A stretch of 63,838 nt of DNA, filler included, from Octopus bimaculoides (taxonomy: Eukaryota), in NCBI RefSeq assembly GCF_001194135.2. It is 4 parts of 4 records of this genome, joined end to end, with 100 filler letters (N's around TTAATTAATTAA, not from the genome) between each part and the next. Parts side by side here need not be neighbours in the genome. Positions count along the whole stretch, not along the records: positions 1 to 28,724 come from NC_068986.1; 3 more parts are not named here. One strand, given 5' to 3'. Each line of letters opens with the position of its first letter. The first letter of the stretch is position 1. Shown in pieces: positions 1 to 12,925 of this stretch. Under the pieces are notes generated by a model that saw only the letters and a list, made by a program, of their open reading frames with translations, had not been told where the DNA came from and searched no databases. A program made the position numbers and the translations under genes.

Positions 1-46
1 TATATATATATATGCATATGCATATATATGTATATTTACATCCTTG

Positions 47-100
<54 letters not shown>

Positions 101-659
101 CGTGTAATATCCAAGTATTGAGGTTGTAGAATGAAAATGAGCTGCAAGCAATTCGTAGTAAATAAAAAGACAAATTTCAGGAGCAATAGTGGTTTATTGG
201 GGCGGAGGTTTGTGGATATTTTTCAGTATCAAATTACGATAAGCTGAAAAAAAAATTGTTATATTACACGGTAGGCAACCATGGTTGCGAAGTATACAAA
301 GGAAAATCCAAGAGTTAAGGAATGAAATAGATAAAATCCGAGCTACATATGTTTCATAGCGAGAGAATTCTCGGAAGTGGTAAATATCCAAGCAAGGTGT
401 ATACCACAGGCTACTCTTCGTCCAAGCATACCTTGATTAAATAAAGTTTACATTGTCATTTGTAGACCCATGTTAACACACGGAGGATTCGATCAGAATG
501 CGATGAGATCACAGTCTGAATGGGGTATATAATCGTGAAGAGAAATATATATATATAACAAAATATATATATTAGGGACAGTTACAAGTAAAGAATTTAA
601 GCAGGATCATTTCACATGTGCTGTTCCAAATATTCCTATGAAATTTGGTATTTGCAGCT

Positions 660-1020
660 TCTGATGGCAGAAAATTGCTCTCTTTCAGCTGGTCACAATG
701 ATGCCGACCACAATAGGTACCACACACATTTTGGAGGCTCTACAGGGTCTTTTCGTTTCCAATACTAAACATTAGTACTTCAAGACTGTCTCATCCTCTG
801 TCATCACAACATTCAGCAGCTATGCCGATGAAGATCCATTCTTTGGACTCCTTCCGTAGAAGAGTGATATCTGGTCGTATGTGAGCAGCTATTTTCCTGT
901 ATATATAGGCATATTCCATGTGCGATCCACCTCATCTTTCTCAGCTGCTGAGAAAGGATGGTACTCATACCACTTGTTGCAACATTCCGGTGTATTCACC
1001 ATACACATTTCTCATGACGT
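660..1020 (-). mobile_element. R4/Dong-clade non-LTR retrotransposon fragment (restriction-like endonuclease region), frameshifted
   Basis: Minus-strand translation across frameshifts gives RHEKCVW*IHRN / KWYEYHPFSAAEKDEVDRTWNMPIYT / AHIRPDITLLRKESKEWIFIGIA, matching the R4 pattern RHD..WYEH.P..W...TD...RPDI.....IDIA. Confidence 0.75.
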
Positions 1021-1149
1021 TTCTTTTCGTCCCTTGATGATGATGATGATAAGTTCCGTCGAGTTCGAAGTATTAGTGCTTCAAGGAAACTATGTGAAAA
1101 TAGAAGATTAAAAGAAATGAGGCTGCATCTATTCGCAATGGATGCATGA

Positions 1150-1524
1150 ATAGAATATGAATTTTGTCACAATGGGGATAATGGAGTTTTGCCTGAGACT
1201 GGACAAATGTGTCTGCTGATTACATGCATGGCAGTTAACATAACTTTTGCCCTTCGGCAGGTTCAAGAAAAAGCACGTGAGCAGAATAGAGATTTGTACA
1301 TGGGATTTGTGAAAATGAATTGTAAAGCGCACTGGAAAAATTTGTCAAAAGTTGGTCTTCCTCATAAAATGATAAGAGTAATAGCTTCTATGTACGAAGG
1401 AATGATGGCAAAGGTGATATCTAATAGCCAATGCTCAGCGGTATTTTTTGTTTCCAATGCAACTATGCAGAGCTGTGTATTAGCTCCCGTACTTTACGCC
1501 ATATTCTTTTCAATGATGATCTAA
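1150..1524 (+). mobile_element. RTE-clade LINE reverse transcriptase fragment
   Basis: ORF 1189-1524: FALRQVQEKAREQNRDLYMGFV...LSKVGLP.KMIRVIASMYEGM...F.VSNATMQSCVLAPVLYAIFFSM, a degenerate form of RTE RT (FALRQLQEK.REQ..DLY..F / G.KQGCVLAP.LF.IFFS). Confidence 0.85.
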
Positions 1525-1659
1525 CATTTTTTTAATGATTGCTATGAAGTTGTAAACTTTCTGTTTTGCACAGAAAGGGGTCTACTAAGCCTAAAACATC
1601 AAAACTTCAAATCAAAGAATAAGAATAAGAAAGAGGATATTCTAAGCGATTTTCTATTG

Positions 1660-1663
<4 letters not shown>

Positions 1664-1723
<60 letters not shown>

Positions 1724-1840
1724 GAAGAAGAGGAAGAAGAGGAAGAAGAAGAAGTGGAAGAAGAAGAAGAAGAAGAAGAAGAAGAAGAAGAAGAAGAAGA
1801 AGAAGAAGAAGAAGAAGAAGAAGAAGAAGAAGAAGAAGAA
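1664..1840. repeat. Compound (AAT)n(AAG)n microsatellite
   Basis: Direct reading; it produces the poly-I/poly-F/poly-S ORFs in the track. Confidence 0.98.
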
Positions 1841-1982
1841 ACAGTATGGAAGGAGAAAAATGTAGTCAGTTTCAAGAGATACGAACACCAAGAGAGATAC
1901 AGAAGACCGGTGGCTTCGGATGAGTAGGACTGACCTGAAGATAGAGACAGAAATACTTACAGACGCAGCAAAAGAACAAGCC

Positions 1983-2764
1983 TTCGTTGGAACAGTCCTT
2001 CCCGCAAAGCAAATTAAATAAAATTTGGATTTTTTTGCGTCGGGTGAAAGTGTTAACAATAATAGGACAGTGAGAACAAGACAATAAAAACAGTAAAATC
2101 AAGACAGTGAGAACAAGACAGTAAAAACAAACGGTGAGGGTTGTTGAGCCAAGACGATAGAAAAATTATTATGAACGCTGAGTAGAAGTGCCGTGATAGA
2201 AAAGACAGAAAAAGCACGTCTGTTCTTTAAGAAAGAAGTGGGCAGAAAGAGAGAACCCCTTTCGTCGCGTGTCAGCGACGAGAGAGACAAGGAAAAAGAG
2301 GAGGAGTGAGAGAGAGAAAGGGAACGGTGAAAAGGAGAGAAGAATAGGGAAAGAGTGGGAGAGAAAAACAGAAAGGATGAGAGAGATAGTAGAAGTGTGC
2401 GCATTGTAATTATTAAGATAAAACTTACTTGGAAGAGGATGCGTGGCGTTCGATCATATAATAATATAAATAATGTATAAATACATGCATATATCCATAC
2501 ATATATGTACATACCTACATCTACACGTATACATACATGCATAAATGGGTACAAGACATCGAAAACATGTTAAACACAATGAGAAACGAAAACAGAAAAA
2601 CGAAAACTGAAAACGAACTTTTTCGAACAACGAAACATGCAACACAAAGAGTATAGCCCCTCGTCAGTTGTCCCTGTTCCATCTACTCCGCGTTTCGAAG
2701 GCAACGACAATATGTGATTTCGTTGGAACAGACCTTCCCGCAAAGCAAATTAAATAACATTTGG
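1983..2764. repeat. Interspersed repeat bounded by 46-bp direct repeats; second copy of the family at 62534-62975
   Basis: ttcgttggaacag(t/a)ccttcccgcaaagcaaattaaataa(a/c)atttgg at 1983-2028 and 2719-2764. Internal segments 2030-2250 and 2510-2720 both recur at 62534-62975. Confidence 0.85.
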
Positions 2765-2765
2765 A

Positions 2766-3128
<363 letters not shown>

Positions 3129-3172
3129 ATATATATGTAGTTGTGTGTATGTATGTATATATATATATATAT

Positions 3173-3207
<35 letters not shown>

Positions 3208-3851
3208 CATATGCATAGGCGTGTATGAGTGTACGCTTTGATACGTGTAGGTAGGCTCTTGCATAGTTGTTCACCACTTATATTCTCTATGATAAACAGA
3301 ATCCATAAAAATACCATATGTTGTCTCGCTTTGTGCTCTTATTTTTGTTCCCTTTTTACATCGAATATATATTTCTTGATTTTCAACATTATTGATTTAT
3401 GGTAAGTTCAGAGAAGAAAATTAACATAAAACATTCTGTATTTTGCTTCCATTTTCCCAAAGACAGATACATTCTTCACTTCATCGCTTTTAACATCACT
3501 CTTTTGACAGGTGAATTCATTCCGTATTATCAAACAAATCGGATTACTATAAGGCGACAGTGTTGTCATTACATCAAACTTGGAATCTTCCGCGATGCTG
3601 CTTTCCCATTCTATTCCCCAACTATTCAGTCTCTCCTATAAGTAGATAGCAAGAAGAAAATAATTCATATAGCCTACAATGTGTACTGCGCGTATAGGTA
3701 TATGCAATCATGTGTTCGTGTATGTGTGTACGAATGTGCCTCTATGTGTGCATATACATATGCATATATACGTGTCGGTATATGTACGTGTATATATATA
3801 TATATTCATATGTATATATGTACATGTGTGTGTTTGTGTGCGTGTATGTAT

Positions 3852-3884
<33 letters not shown>

Positions 3885-3987
3885 ATATTCATAATGTACA
3901 TACACACATGTATATATATACATATAAATATATATATACACCTATACACGCATATATATATACATATGTATTTATATACATACACAC

Positions 3988-4024
<37 letters not shown>

Positions 4025-4783
4025 GATGGATGCATGGATGCATTCATGCATAGACAGATGGATAAATTTTTGTATTTTAGGAAAGCCTGTATTGTGTACG
4101 TATTAGAATCCTTTCTAATACTTAAGTGCATGTGTATATATATATATATATACATATGTGTGTGCTTATTTCGATATGTGTTAATGTGCAATGTATATAT
4201 TACGAACACATACATATATAATACTATATGTGTGTAACTGTATATAAACACAGGTCTGTACCAATATATATATGAAACGATTATGTTTAGTACTCGGTCC
4301 CATAGAACGTCCAGTTTTATACAATTTTTTTAGTTCTCCTTTCGTACATAAATTTACTTACCATCAATCAGTTTGTTTCGTGATGTTAATTCACATTAGT
4401 AAACACGTGGTGTCATCAACTTCGTTCAGTAGTTAACGTTTTTGAAAGCGTAACGCTCGAAATTGCTTTCTTTTATTTAAATTCCGATTATATCTTCGAT
4501 ACGGTTGCGTAGCTAATATAGAAACTTTTCATACACAAAAACATATCGTGACAAGCGGAATAATATTAAAGATCATCGTGTATGTGCGTGTGGTCTTACG
4601 CTTTTGTGTACATGCGAGTTGGTTTGTATATGTTTTTATGTCTGTGCATGGAAGGAACGAACGCCATCAACATCGACGAGATTAAAACACATGTGACTTT
4701 ATTGTTGCGTGATGATGCACTTATATATATATAGACACATTTATACACATGCATGTAGTACCATCAATTTTCCACGTCAGTAA

Positions 4784-4821
<38 letters not shown>

Positions 4822-4932
4822 GGTCTAGATATAGATTCAAGGTTGAATATGGTATTTATGCGTAGGCACCCGAATATCGTATTCCAAAAGGATAGGTGAT
4901 CAAAATCAAAAAATAAGCAACACGGATTTCAA
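4822..4932 (+). repeat. Interspersed repeat fragment; near-identical copy at 63274-63388
   Basis: tagatatagattcaaggtt.aatatggta.ttatgcgtaggcacccgaatatcgtat..aaaaggatag.tgatcaaaatcaaaaaataagcaacacggatttcaaa occurs at both sites. Confidence 0.85.
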
Positions 4933-5016
4933 AGGTGATTGCAGTACGCACGTTTCATGCTACTCCAATTTATTTAAGTAATGCGAGCATTACATTATAT
5001 ATATATAATAAATATA

Positions 5017-5351
5017 CAGGGGTCAGCATAAGTTGCTTCACCAACATACTGAAAACTTTAGAAATAGCAGTCAAAGAACTACTGATTCTAAACTACAATT
5101 TTTTTCTCTAACGGATGGCGATATGTTTGCTGATGATTGGAAAAGAATAGCTTTATATTCTTAACCATGAAACGTCGTACATGATTAACTAAAGGCAGGT
5201 TTGTTTCTGTTTTCTCTTCTGTTTTTGTTCTATGTGTGCCATAAATATCGCTATCCGTTAGATAAAAAAATGTAGTTTAGAATCAGTAGTTCTTTGACTG
5301 CTATTTATAAATTTTTCAGTATGTTGGTGAAGCAACTTATGCTGACCCCTG
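5017..5351. mobile_element. Tc1/mariner-type MITE with ~108-bp terminal inverted repeats and TA target duplication
   Basis: TA|caggggtcagcataagttgcttcaccaacatactgaaaa...gcgatat (5017-5124) is the near-perfect reverse complement of atatcgc...tatgctgacccctg|TA (5245-5351). Confidence 0.9.
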
Positions 5352-5441
5352 TATATTTATGATTATAAATGTTTTTACCGATAAAGGTTTTTTTTCATAC
5401 TGAACTACTTGGGAAAATTGTTACTTATNNNNNNNNNNATA

Positions 5442-5548
<107 letters not shown>

Positions 5549-5549
5549 G

Positions 5550-6215
5550 GATCCTCCGAACTTTCAAAACAAGAGAAAAGGACACATTGATGATCCTTTG
5601 GCGGACATACGTTCTCACCCGCTTAAACTATTCCTCTCAAGTATGGTCACCACACAATAAAAATCCACACCGGAACTCGAAGCAATCCAACGAAGCTACA
5701 CCAAGAAAATCGCCAGGATGCAACATGTCAGCTACTAGGAAAGACTGAAAGAATCAAAACTCTTCTCCTTAAAACGAAGGCGAGAGAACGATGCAGTGAT
5801 ATACATCTGGAAAATCCTAGAAGGCCTTGTGCCAAACTTTGGCATTGAAAGTTATTCAAACTGCAGTACAGAGCGCCACTGCATAGTGCCAAGGTTCCCA
5901 GTATCGCCATCAAAATACAGGACCATATACTGCAACAGCTTGGGCTTCAAGGGCACCCAGCTCTTTAATATCCTTCCCAAATGCCTGACAGAGCTGCATG
6001 GTGTGGATATAAGTGTCTTTAATACAAAACTGGATCTCTTCCTCTTACGGGTTCCAGACGAGCCTACCTCACAGCAGGAAACACAGATGAGGGCAGCAGC
6101 ATCACAGTCCCTCATTGACCAAATGCCACATATTAGAGAAGGTTCAAAATAATGATGTAGCTCAGTCAATGGTGGTGCTCCAGCATGACCACAGCTTTTC
6201 AGCTTAAGCATTTAT
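5550..6215 (+). mobile_element. CR1/L2-type LINE, 3' end of ORF2
   Basis: ELEAIQRSYTKKIARMQHVSY*ERLKESKLFSLKRRRER followed by IYIWKILEGLVPN...NSLGFKGTQLFNILPK...FNTKLDLFL, the typical CR1/L2 C-terminal region. Confidence 0.88.
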
Positions 6216-6312
6216 AAAAATTAAAAAAATAAAATATATATATATATATATATACATATATGTACATATATATACATGCATACATATATATATATTTATA
6301 CATATATACATT

Positions 6313-6357
<45 letters not shown>

Positions 6358-6432
6358 TATTCTGAACTAAAATGGTGCATCATTTTATGTACCTAATTCA
6401 ACTGAATCCTAATTATGTATATGTATGTATAC

Positions 6433-6466
<34 letters not shown>

Positions 6467-7040
6467 ATGTCCGTAGTTATGCATACATACATGCATACAT
6501 GCACATATATACATATACCTGTATATACACACATATAAGCACATATATATATACACACACACATACTTTGTATGTATGTTTCTTTCCATGCTTACGTATG
6601 CGGTAATACGTAAGATTTTACCAAGACCAGAAATTCAATAACACTGTTTATTTCTTCTTTTTGGTCATAAAGTTATTCTACATTCTTCTTGTTTTAAAAC
6701 AGAAAAGTATATTACCATGTTATTGTTTCTCTCTACCTCTTACTCGTCTCTAACTTACTCTCGCGTTCAGAAATGTCTTCCTAACTAATTTATATTGAAG
6801 AAAAACACTGCTGTTTCCTCTCTTACTCACGCATACACCATCCCTCACACACCTTCTCTCACTATAAATATGAGTGCGTGTGAGTGTGTGTATACTTATG
6901 TTTATATACATTTGTGTTTATGTGTGTGTGTGTCTGTGTGTCTAGATTTACGTGCCGTGTATTATCCACACGGTACACAACGTAAGTTCGTTCTATCACG
7001 GCACTATCCGAAAGTTAAACCAGTTCAGATTCAAATACTG

Positions 7041-7083
<43 letters not shown>

Positions 7084-7178
7084 TCCTGTCTGACTACCTC
7101 TGTCCAGCATTCGCCATGATTGATCACTATCCACTAAGCCTTTTTTTTTATTTTCTCTCCCTGTTTATTTCTGTGTTC

Positions 7179-7214
7179 CTTTCTGGCGAAGAGCATAGGC
7201 TCGAAACGTAAAAG
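7179..7214 (+). ncRNA. Degenerate minimal type I hammerhead ribozyme (core mutated) inside a repeat at ~7080-7276
   Basis: cttt-CTGGCGA-a-gagc(atag)gctc-GAAA-cg-TA-aaag. Stems I and II pair perfectly and stem III is the palindrome ACGT, but the core reads CUGGCGA instead of CUGANGA. A more decayed copy of the host repeat lies at ~41065-41150. Confidence 0.5.
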
Positions 7215-7530
7215 ACTTTCTCACTTCCCGAGCGTTAAACTAATACATCTGTTTGTTATTTACACACCCGCCTTCGNNNNNNNNNNNNNNNNNNNNNNNN
7301 NNNNNNNNNNNNNNNNNNNNNNNNNNNNNNNNNNNNNNNNNNNNNNNNNNNNNNNNNNNNNNNNNNNNNNNNNNNNNNTATATATTTACTTGGAGAATGG
7401 AGCAACAAATACAAGAAAAAGCATTTTCGTTGGACTAGATAGCCGTTGTTTTATTATGTGGAACTTGTGAAATGAGTCAGTGTGGAGGTTTAGGTTATCT
7501 AATGAGTCATTTTGTATATTATGTCTTAGT

Positions 7531-7582
7531 CACTTACGTACGTTTCGATTCAGCCAGTAGTTTGGCCGATCTCTTCAGAGTG
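7531..7582 (-). ncRNA. Minimal type I hammerhead ribozyme, full consensus core
   Basis: Reverse complement reads cact-CTGAAGA-gatcggcc(aaactact)ggctgaatc-GAAA-cgtacg-TA-agtg: 4-bp stem I, 8-bp stem II with one bulge, palindromic stem III ACGTACGT, GUA cleavage triplet. Confidence 0.8.
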
Positions 7583-8344
7583 TTGAAAGGTATAATGAAT
7601 AAACGCTCTAATTGGTCAACACAACTTTATAACATCCCCATATTATCATAAATCGAATATAAATATATATATATAAATATATATATTAAAACATCAGGGC
7701 ACGCGATTGTAAAACCCGATAGTATATAATGTACACATATATATGATTAAAAGATGATAAAACCTCAAAGAGTAATACGCGTGAAGTCGAATGAATAAAA
7801 ATATATGGATTAAATTAATGTTCAATGAAAGCGACTAAAAATTTAAGGCAGTGAAATCAAAATAATGTGAGTATAAATATATACATATAAAAATAAAGGG
7901 CAAAATGATAACCAGAAATGAATCTGTTAAAATGCATCTCTATGATTGTTTCAAAGAATGTTACCTCACTTTGTAAATGTAAATCCATTAAGGAAATCAA
8001 ACGGCAATGACATTTTCATCAGGAGAAAACATACAAAGGTGTCACATTTCTGTTTGTTAATCTGTTCCAAAACGTTGCAGAGAGGTAAAATACATAGTGT
8101 TCAATGACAAAAGTAATCAGACAGAATTTAGTGGATTGAAGTGAGGATTAGTCCATTGTCCATTTCAATTATTAAATTAAGATAAAGAATCTGCTGCAGG
8201 TTCCACTTAACTTCAATTCAAGATCAAATCTCAGTCGGTCCTCTGTAATATCTCTTTTTAATTTTACCCTTATTTTTATTTTTGTGTATACTCAAGAATG
8301 CTGAGAAAAACTTATGATTACAAAAGGGGACCACATACTCATTT

Positions 8345-8549
8345 ACATGTTTCAGTCATTTGACTATGGCCATGCTGGCGCACCGCCTTTAGTAGAGCAA
8401 ATCGACCCCAGGACTCATTCTTTGTAAGCCTAGTACTTATTCTATCGGTCACTTTTGCTGAACACCGCTAAGTTACGGGGACATAAACACACCAGCATCG
8501 GCTGTCAAGCGATGTTGAGGGGACAAACACAGACACACGAACTTATACG

Positions 8550-8625
<76 letters not shown>

Positions 8626-8790
8626 TATACGACGGGATTCTTTCAGTTTCCGTCTACCAAATCCACTCACAAGGCTTTGATCGGCCCGAAGCTATAGTAG
8701 AAGGCACTTGCCCAAGGTGTCACGCAGTGGGACTGAACACGGAACCATGTGGTTCGTAAGCAAGCTACGTACCAAACAGCCACAGAGTTT
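8345..8790 (-). mobile_element. SINE family A, near full length, with internal (TA)n tract
   Basis: Reverse complement of the 43288-43700 element along its length, including the tRNA-like head (gtgttcagtcccactgcgtg). Confidence 0.9.
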
Positions 8791-9975
8791 TGACCCAAAA
8801 CATTTGAGAATTAAGTATGATTCTCTCAAGAATAACCAACACTTGCTTAAATTAGCATTAAGGTGGGGAGGGCTTATATATATATTTCTCTAACTTACAA
8901 AAATTTATTATCTTTTTGACGACACGTTAAGTCTTACCCATTTCTTTACTCTTAGAACTAAAGGAGTTGAATGTTTACCTTCTTCCCTCTTCGCCTCAAC
9001 AATAGTAACTAACCCATTATTACAGTTTCCTTGAATAAAGGATCATCGCCCAACTTATTTTTAAGCATATTCTGTTCAGCCAAGCTAAGACACCATCATC
9101 TATTTTTCTGGGTTCTTTTTTTCTAATTCATTATCGCATTTACTAACAAATATACATGGTGTGTCTTTCTAGTGTTCTATCTATTACCTAAGAATACTCT
9201 CTTAACTTCTGTATGACTTTATCTCCTAACCCTCGGGAGTCTCCGTCACATATTAATTCCTCGTTTCTCTGTTTCTTCTGCGTTCATTGATTTTTTTTTT
9301 CTTTTTTTTTTTTTGTTTCTTCCATTTTCCATTCCTTTATTGAAATTTCACATTATGTATCACTATCTACATCGAAAATGCAAAGTCTTTCTCAAACACG
9401 ATCACCCTATCTTTNNNNNNNNNNNNNNNNNNNNNNNNNNNNNNNNNNNNNNNNNNNNNNNNNNNNNNNNNNNNNNNNNNNNNNNNNNNNNNNNNNNNNN
9501 NNNNNNNNNNNNNNNNNNNNNNNNNNNNNNNNNNNNNNNNNNNNNNNNNNNNNNNNNNNNNNNNNNNNNNNNNNNNNNNNNNNNNNNNNNNNNNNNNNNN
9601 NNNNNNNNNNNNNNNNNNNNNNNNNNNNNNNNNNNNNNNNNNNNNNNNNNNNNNNNNNNNNNNNNNNNNNNNNNNNNNNNNNNNNNNNNNNNNNNNNNNN
9701 NNNNNNNNNNNNNNNNNNNNNNNNNNNNNNNNNNNNNNNNNNNNNNNNNNNNNNNNNNNNNNNNNNNNNNNNNNNNNNNNNNNNNNNNNNNNNNNNNNNN
9801 NNNNNNNNNNNNNNNNNNNNNNNNNNNNNNNNNNNNNNNNNNNNNNNNNNNNNNNNNNNNNNNNNNNNNNNNNNNNNNNNNNNNNNNNNNNNNNNNNNNN
9901 NNNNNNNNNNNNNNNNNNNNNNNNNNNNNNNNNNNNNNNNNNNNNNNNNNNNNNNNNNNNNNNNNNNNNNNNNNN

Positions 9976-10050
<75 letters not shown>

Positions 10051-10749
10051 CTGTCCACTTCGCTCGCTTTCTATGTTTCTTTTTCAACCTTTGTCTCTTT
10101 CTCTCATATTGTTTTTCTTTACCGTTCTCCTTTACAAACTAACATAGATTCTATTGCACCAAATCTTGGAAATCACTATATTATATTTCTGCATTGCTTT
10201 CCCTCTCTTCGTCTATTTCTGTGAGTCAACCTACTGTACAACATCCATCTGGCACCTCACATTCTCAACCTGTTTCTTCTTCTATCTATTTCACTATATC
10301 TCCCTTTCTCTTTCTCTCTCTCTCTCGCTCTCTATTTCTTTCTCGTCATTCGCTATATCTCATTCCCTTCACTTTTATTTCTATCATCCAATTTCTCTCT
10401 GCCTCTGTTTCCCTATACTACACTCTTCCATTTACCCAGTTTTTCTATTTATCATCTGTCTGTAAAACTTTTATTATATTTACTATGCTATATGCAAATA
10501 TGTGAACAATGAGAGAAAGCAATACCTCAACAAATAAACCGACCGTCTGCCATGAAATATATCGTTCTATAATATCTAACCGTGGTCATGTATTAGTTCA
10601 TGTATTGGGATGTTAATGCAGAATATCATGGAGATGATAGTGATGGGGATGATAACTACACTTTCTCACTCGCTCTTTCTTTCGTTCTCTATCTCAGTCT
10701 CTTACTCTCTCTAAATATATATCTCTCTATCTCTCTCTTTGTTTGTATG

Positions 10750-10786
<37 letters not shown>

Positions 10787-11717
10787 NNNNNNNNNNNNNN
10801 NNNNNNNNNNNNNNNNNNNNNNNNNNNNNNNNNNNNNNNNNNNNNNNNNNNNNNNNNNNNNNNNNNNNNNNNNNNNNNNNNNNNNNNNNNNNNNNNNNNN
10901 NNNNNNNNNNNNNNNNNNNNNNNNNNNNNNNNNNNNNNNNNNNNNNNNNNNNNNNNNNNNNNNNNNNNNNNNNNNNNNNNNNNNNNNNNNNNNNNNNNNN
11001 NNNNNNNNNNNNNNNNNNNNNNNNNNNNNNNNNNNNNNNNNNNNNNNNNNNNNNNNNNNNNNNNNNNNNNNNNNNNNNNNNNNNNNNNNNNNNNNNNNNN
11101 NNNNNNNNNNNNNNNNNNNNNNNNNNNNNNNNNNNNNNNNNNNNNNNNNNNNNNNNNNNNNNNNNNNNNNNNNNNNNNNNNNNNNNNNNNNNNNNNNNNN
11201 NNNNNNNNNNNNNNNNNNNNNNNNNNNNNNNNNNNNNNNNNNNNNNNNNNNNNNNNNNNNNNNNNNNNNNNNNNNNNNNNNNNNNNNNNNNNNNNNNNNN
11301 NNNNNNNNNNNNNNNNNNNNNNNNNNNNNNNNNNNNNNNNNNNNNNNNNNNNNNNNNNNNNNNNNNNNNNNNNNNNNNNNNNNNNNNNNNNNNNNNNNNN
11401 NNNNNNNNNNNNNNNNNNNNNNNNNNNNNNNNNNNNNNNNNNNNNNNNNNNNNNNNNNNNNNNNNNNNNNNNNNNNNNNNNNNNNNNNNNNNNNNNNNNN
11501 NNNNNNNNNNNNNNNNNNNNNNNNNNNNNNNNNNNNNNNNNNNNNNNNNNNNNNNNNNNNNNNNNNNNNNNNNNNNNNNNNNNNNNNNNNNNNNNNNNNN
11601 NNNNNNNNNNNNNNNNNNNNNNNNNNNNNNNNNNNNNNNNNNNNNNNNNNNNNNNNNNNNNNNNNNNNNNNNNNNNNNNNNNNNNNNNNNNNNNNNNNNN
11701 NNNNNNNNNNNNNTATA

Positions 11718-11793
<76 letters not shown>

Positions 11794-11879
11794 TATGTAT
11801 GTATCATGTATATGTATCTATACACACACATACACACACACGCACGCACCTTCAAACAACATGTTGAGGTGATTATTGT

Positions 11880-12925
11880 CTGGGCAGGTGTACAAACAAT
11901 TAGTATGATAGTGAATACTTCTATTTGAATATATTATGGATAGAATAAAAAGAAAAGCATGCAAAATATTCAACCAATTAGGCCTAAGAACCACAATTAG
12001 TACAAACCTTGAAGAAGTCAACTTCCTAGACATTAACATGGACTTTAAGAGGAAGATTCAAAACTATCACAAGCAATATAACAAAGCCTCGTACATAGAC
12101 GTAGATTCCAACCACCCACCAGCAGTAATTAAACAAATGAACAAATGGTTAACAAAACTTGCAGGTGCATCTCCAATTTATCCGTCGACAAAGACTCTTT
12201 TGAAAATGCCACCCCATATTATAATGCTGCATTAGAAAGGTCCAACTTGTTCAAGAAGAGCATATATTACAATGAGCTAAATATAAATAGACCAAGGAGA
12301 CGCAGGGAAAAATCTTATGGTTCAATCCACCTTATAGCATAAATGTAGCTACAAACATAGCTAGGAAAACCTTAGAACTAATAGATAACTACTGTTCACA
12401 TTCATACAAATACCACAACATCTTCAGCAAAAAACACTGTTAAAGTTTGCTATATTTTCCTCCGCAATATAGGGTCAATAATACACCATAAACACACCAG
12501 AAACACCCCAGAAAGACAATGCAACTTCATATCCCCAAAACTTGTCATCTCGTGAAAGAACTCGTATACAATTTCAAGATCACGGACCCCAACAGAATAG
12601 CAAAGAAGTATATCGGAATGACGGGAAGCTAGTTCAAGGTAAGGTATACACAACTTCTTGCGTCATTCAGAGACAATAACAAAAAATATGCAACATCCCT
12701 GTCTAATATGATATGGACATTGAAAAAAGGTCGAATATACAACCACAGATAGAATGAAAAATTAATGCTAAAGCCAAAAAATACAGAGGACGGGGTACCA
12801 AATATGAACTCTGTATTACTGAAAAACTAAAGATTATACAAGCAACAGATAACATCATAAACATTAGGGATGAAACCTTCTCTCCCTGCATACACAAGCA
12901 ATATTTTACACTGAAATATTTCAAA
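11880..12925 (+). mobile_element. Penelope-like element: RT C-terminus plus GIY-YIG endonuclease, frameshifted
   Basis: RIKRKACKIFNQLGLRTTISTNLEEVNFLDI...YIDVDSNHPPAVIKQM; ISNLSVDKDSFENATPYYNAALERS; WFNPPYSINVATNIARK; then CNF..P, KYIGMTG.LVQGKVYT, IW..EK, ELCITEKLKII, DETFSPCIHK. These match Penelope-like RT and GIY-YIG motifs. Confidence 0.88.

Noticed and set aside
7900-8260. Possible minus-strand Penelope RT relic upstream of the 7531-7582 hammerhead
   Set aside because: Only vague pieces (MDLHL, VTFFE); no readable YVDD or FLD motif.
8930-9260. Possible CR1 ORF1 esterase relic on the minus strand (GDSRGLG..., LAWLNRICL)
   Set aside because: Too few conserved residues to separate from chance.
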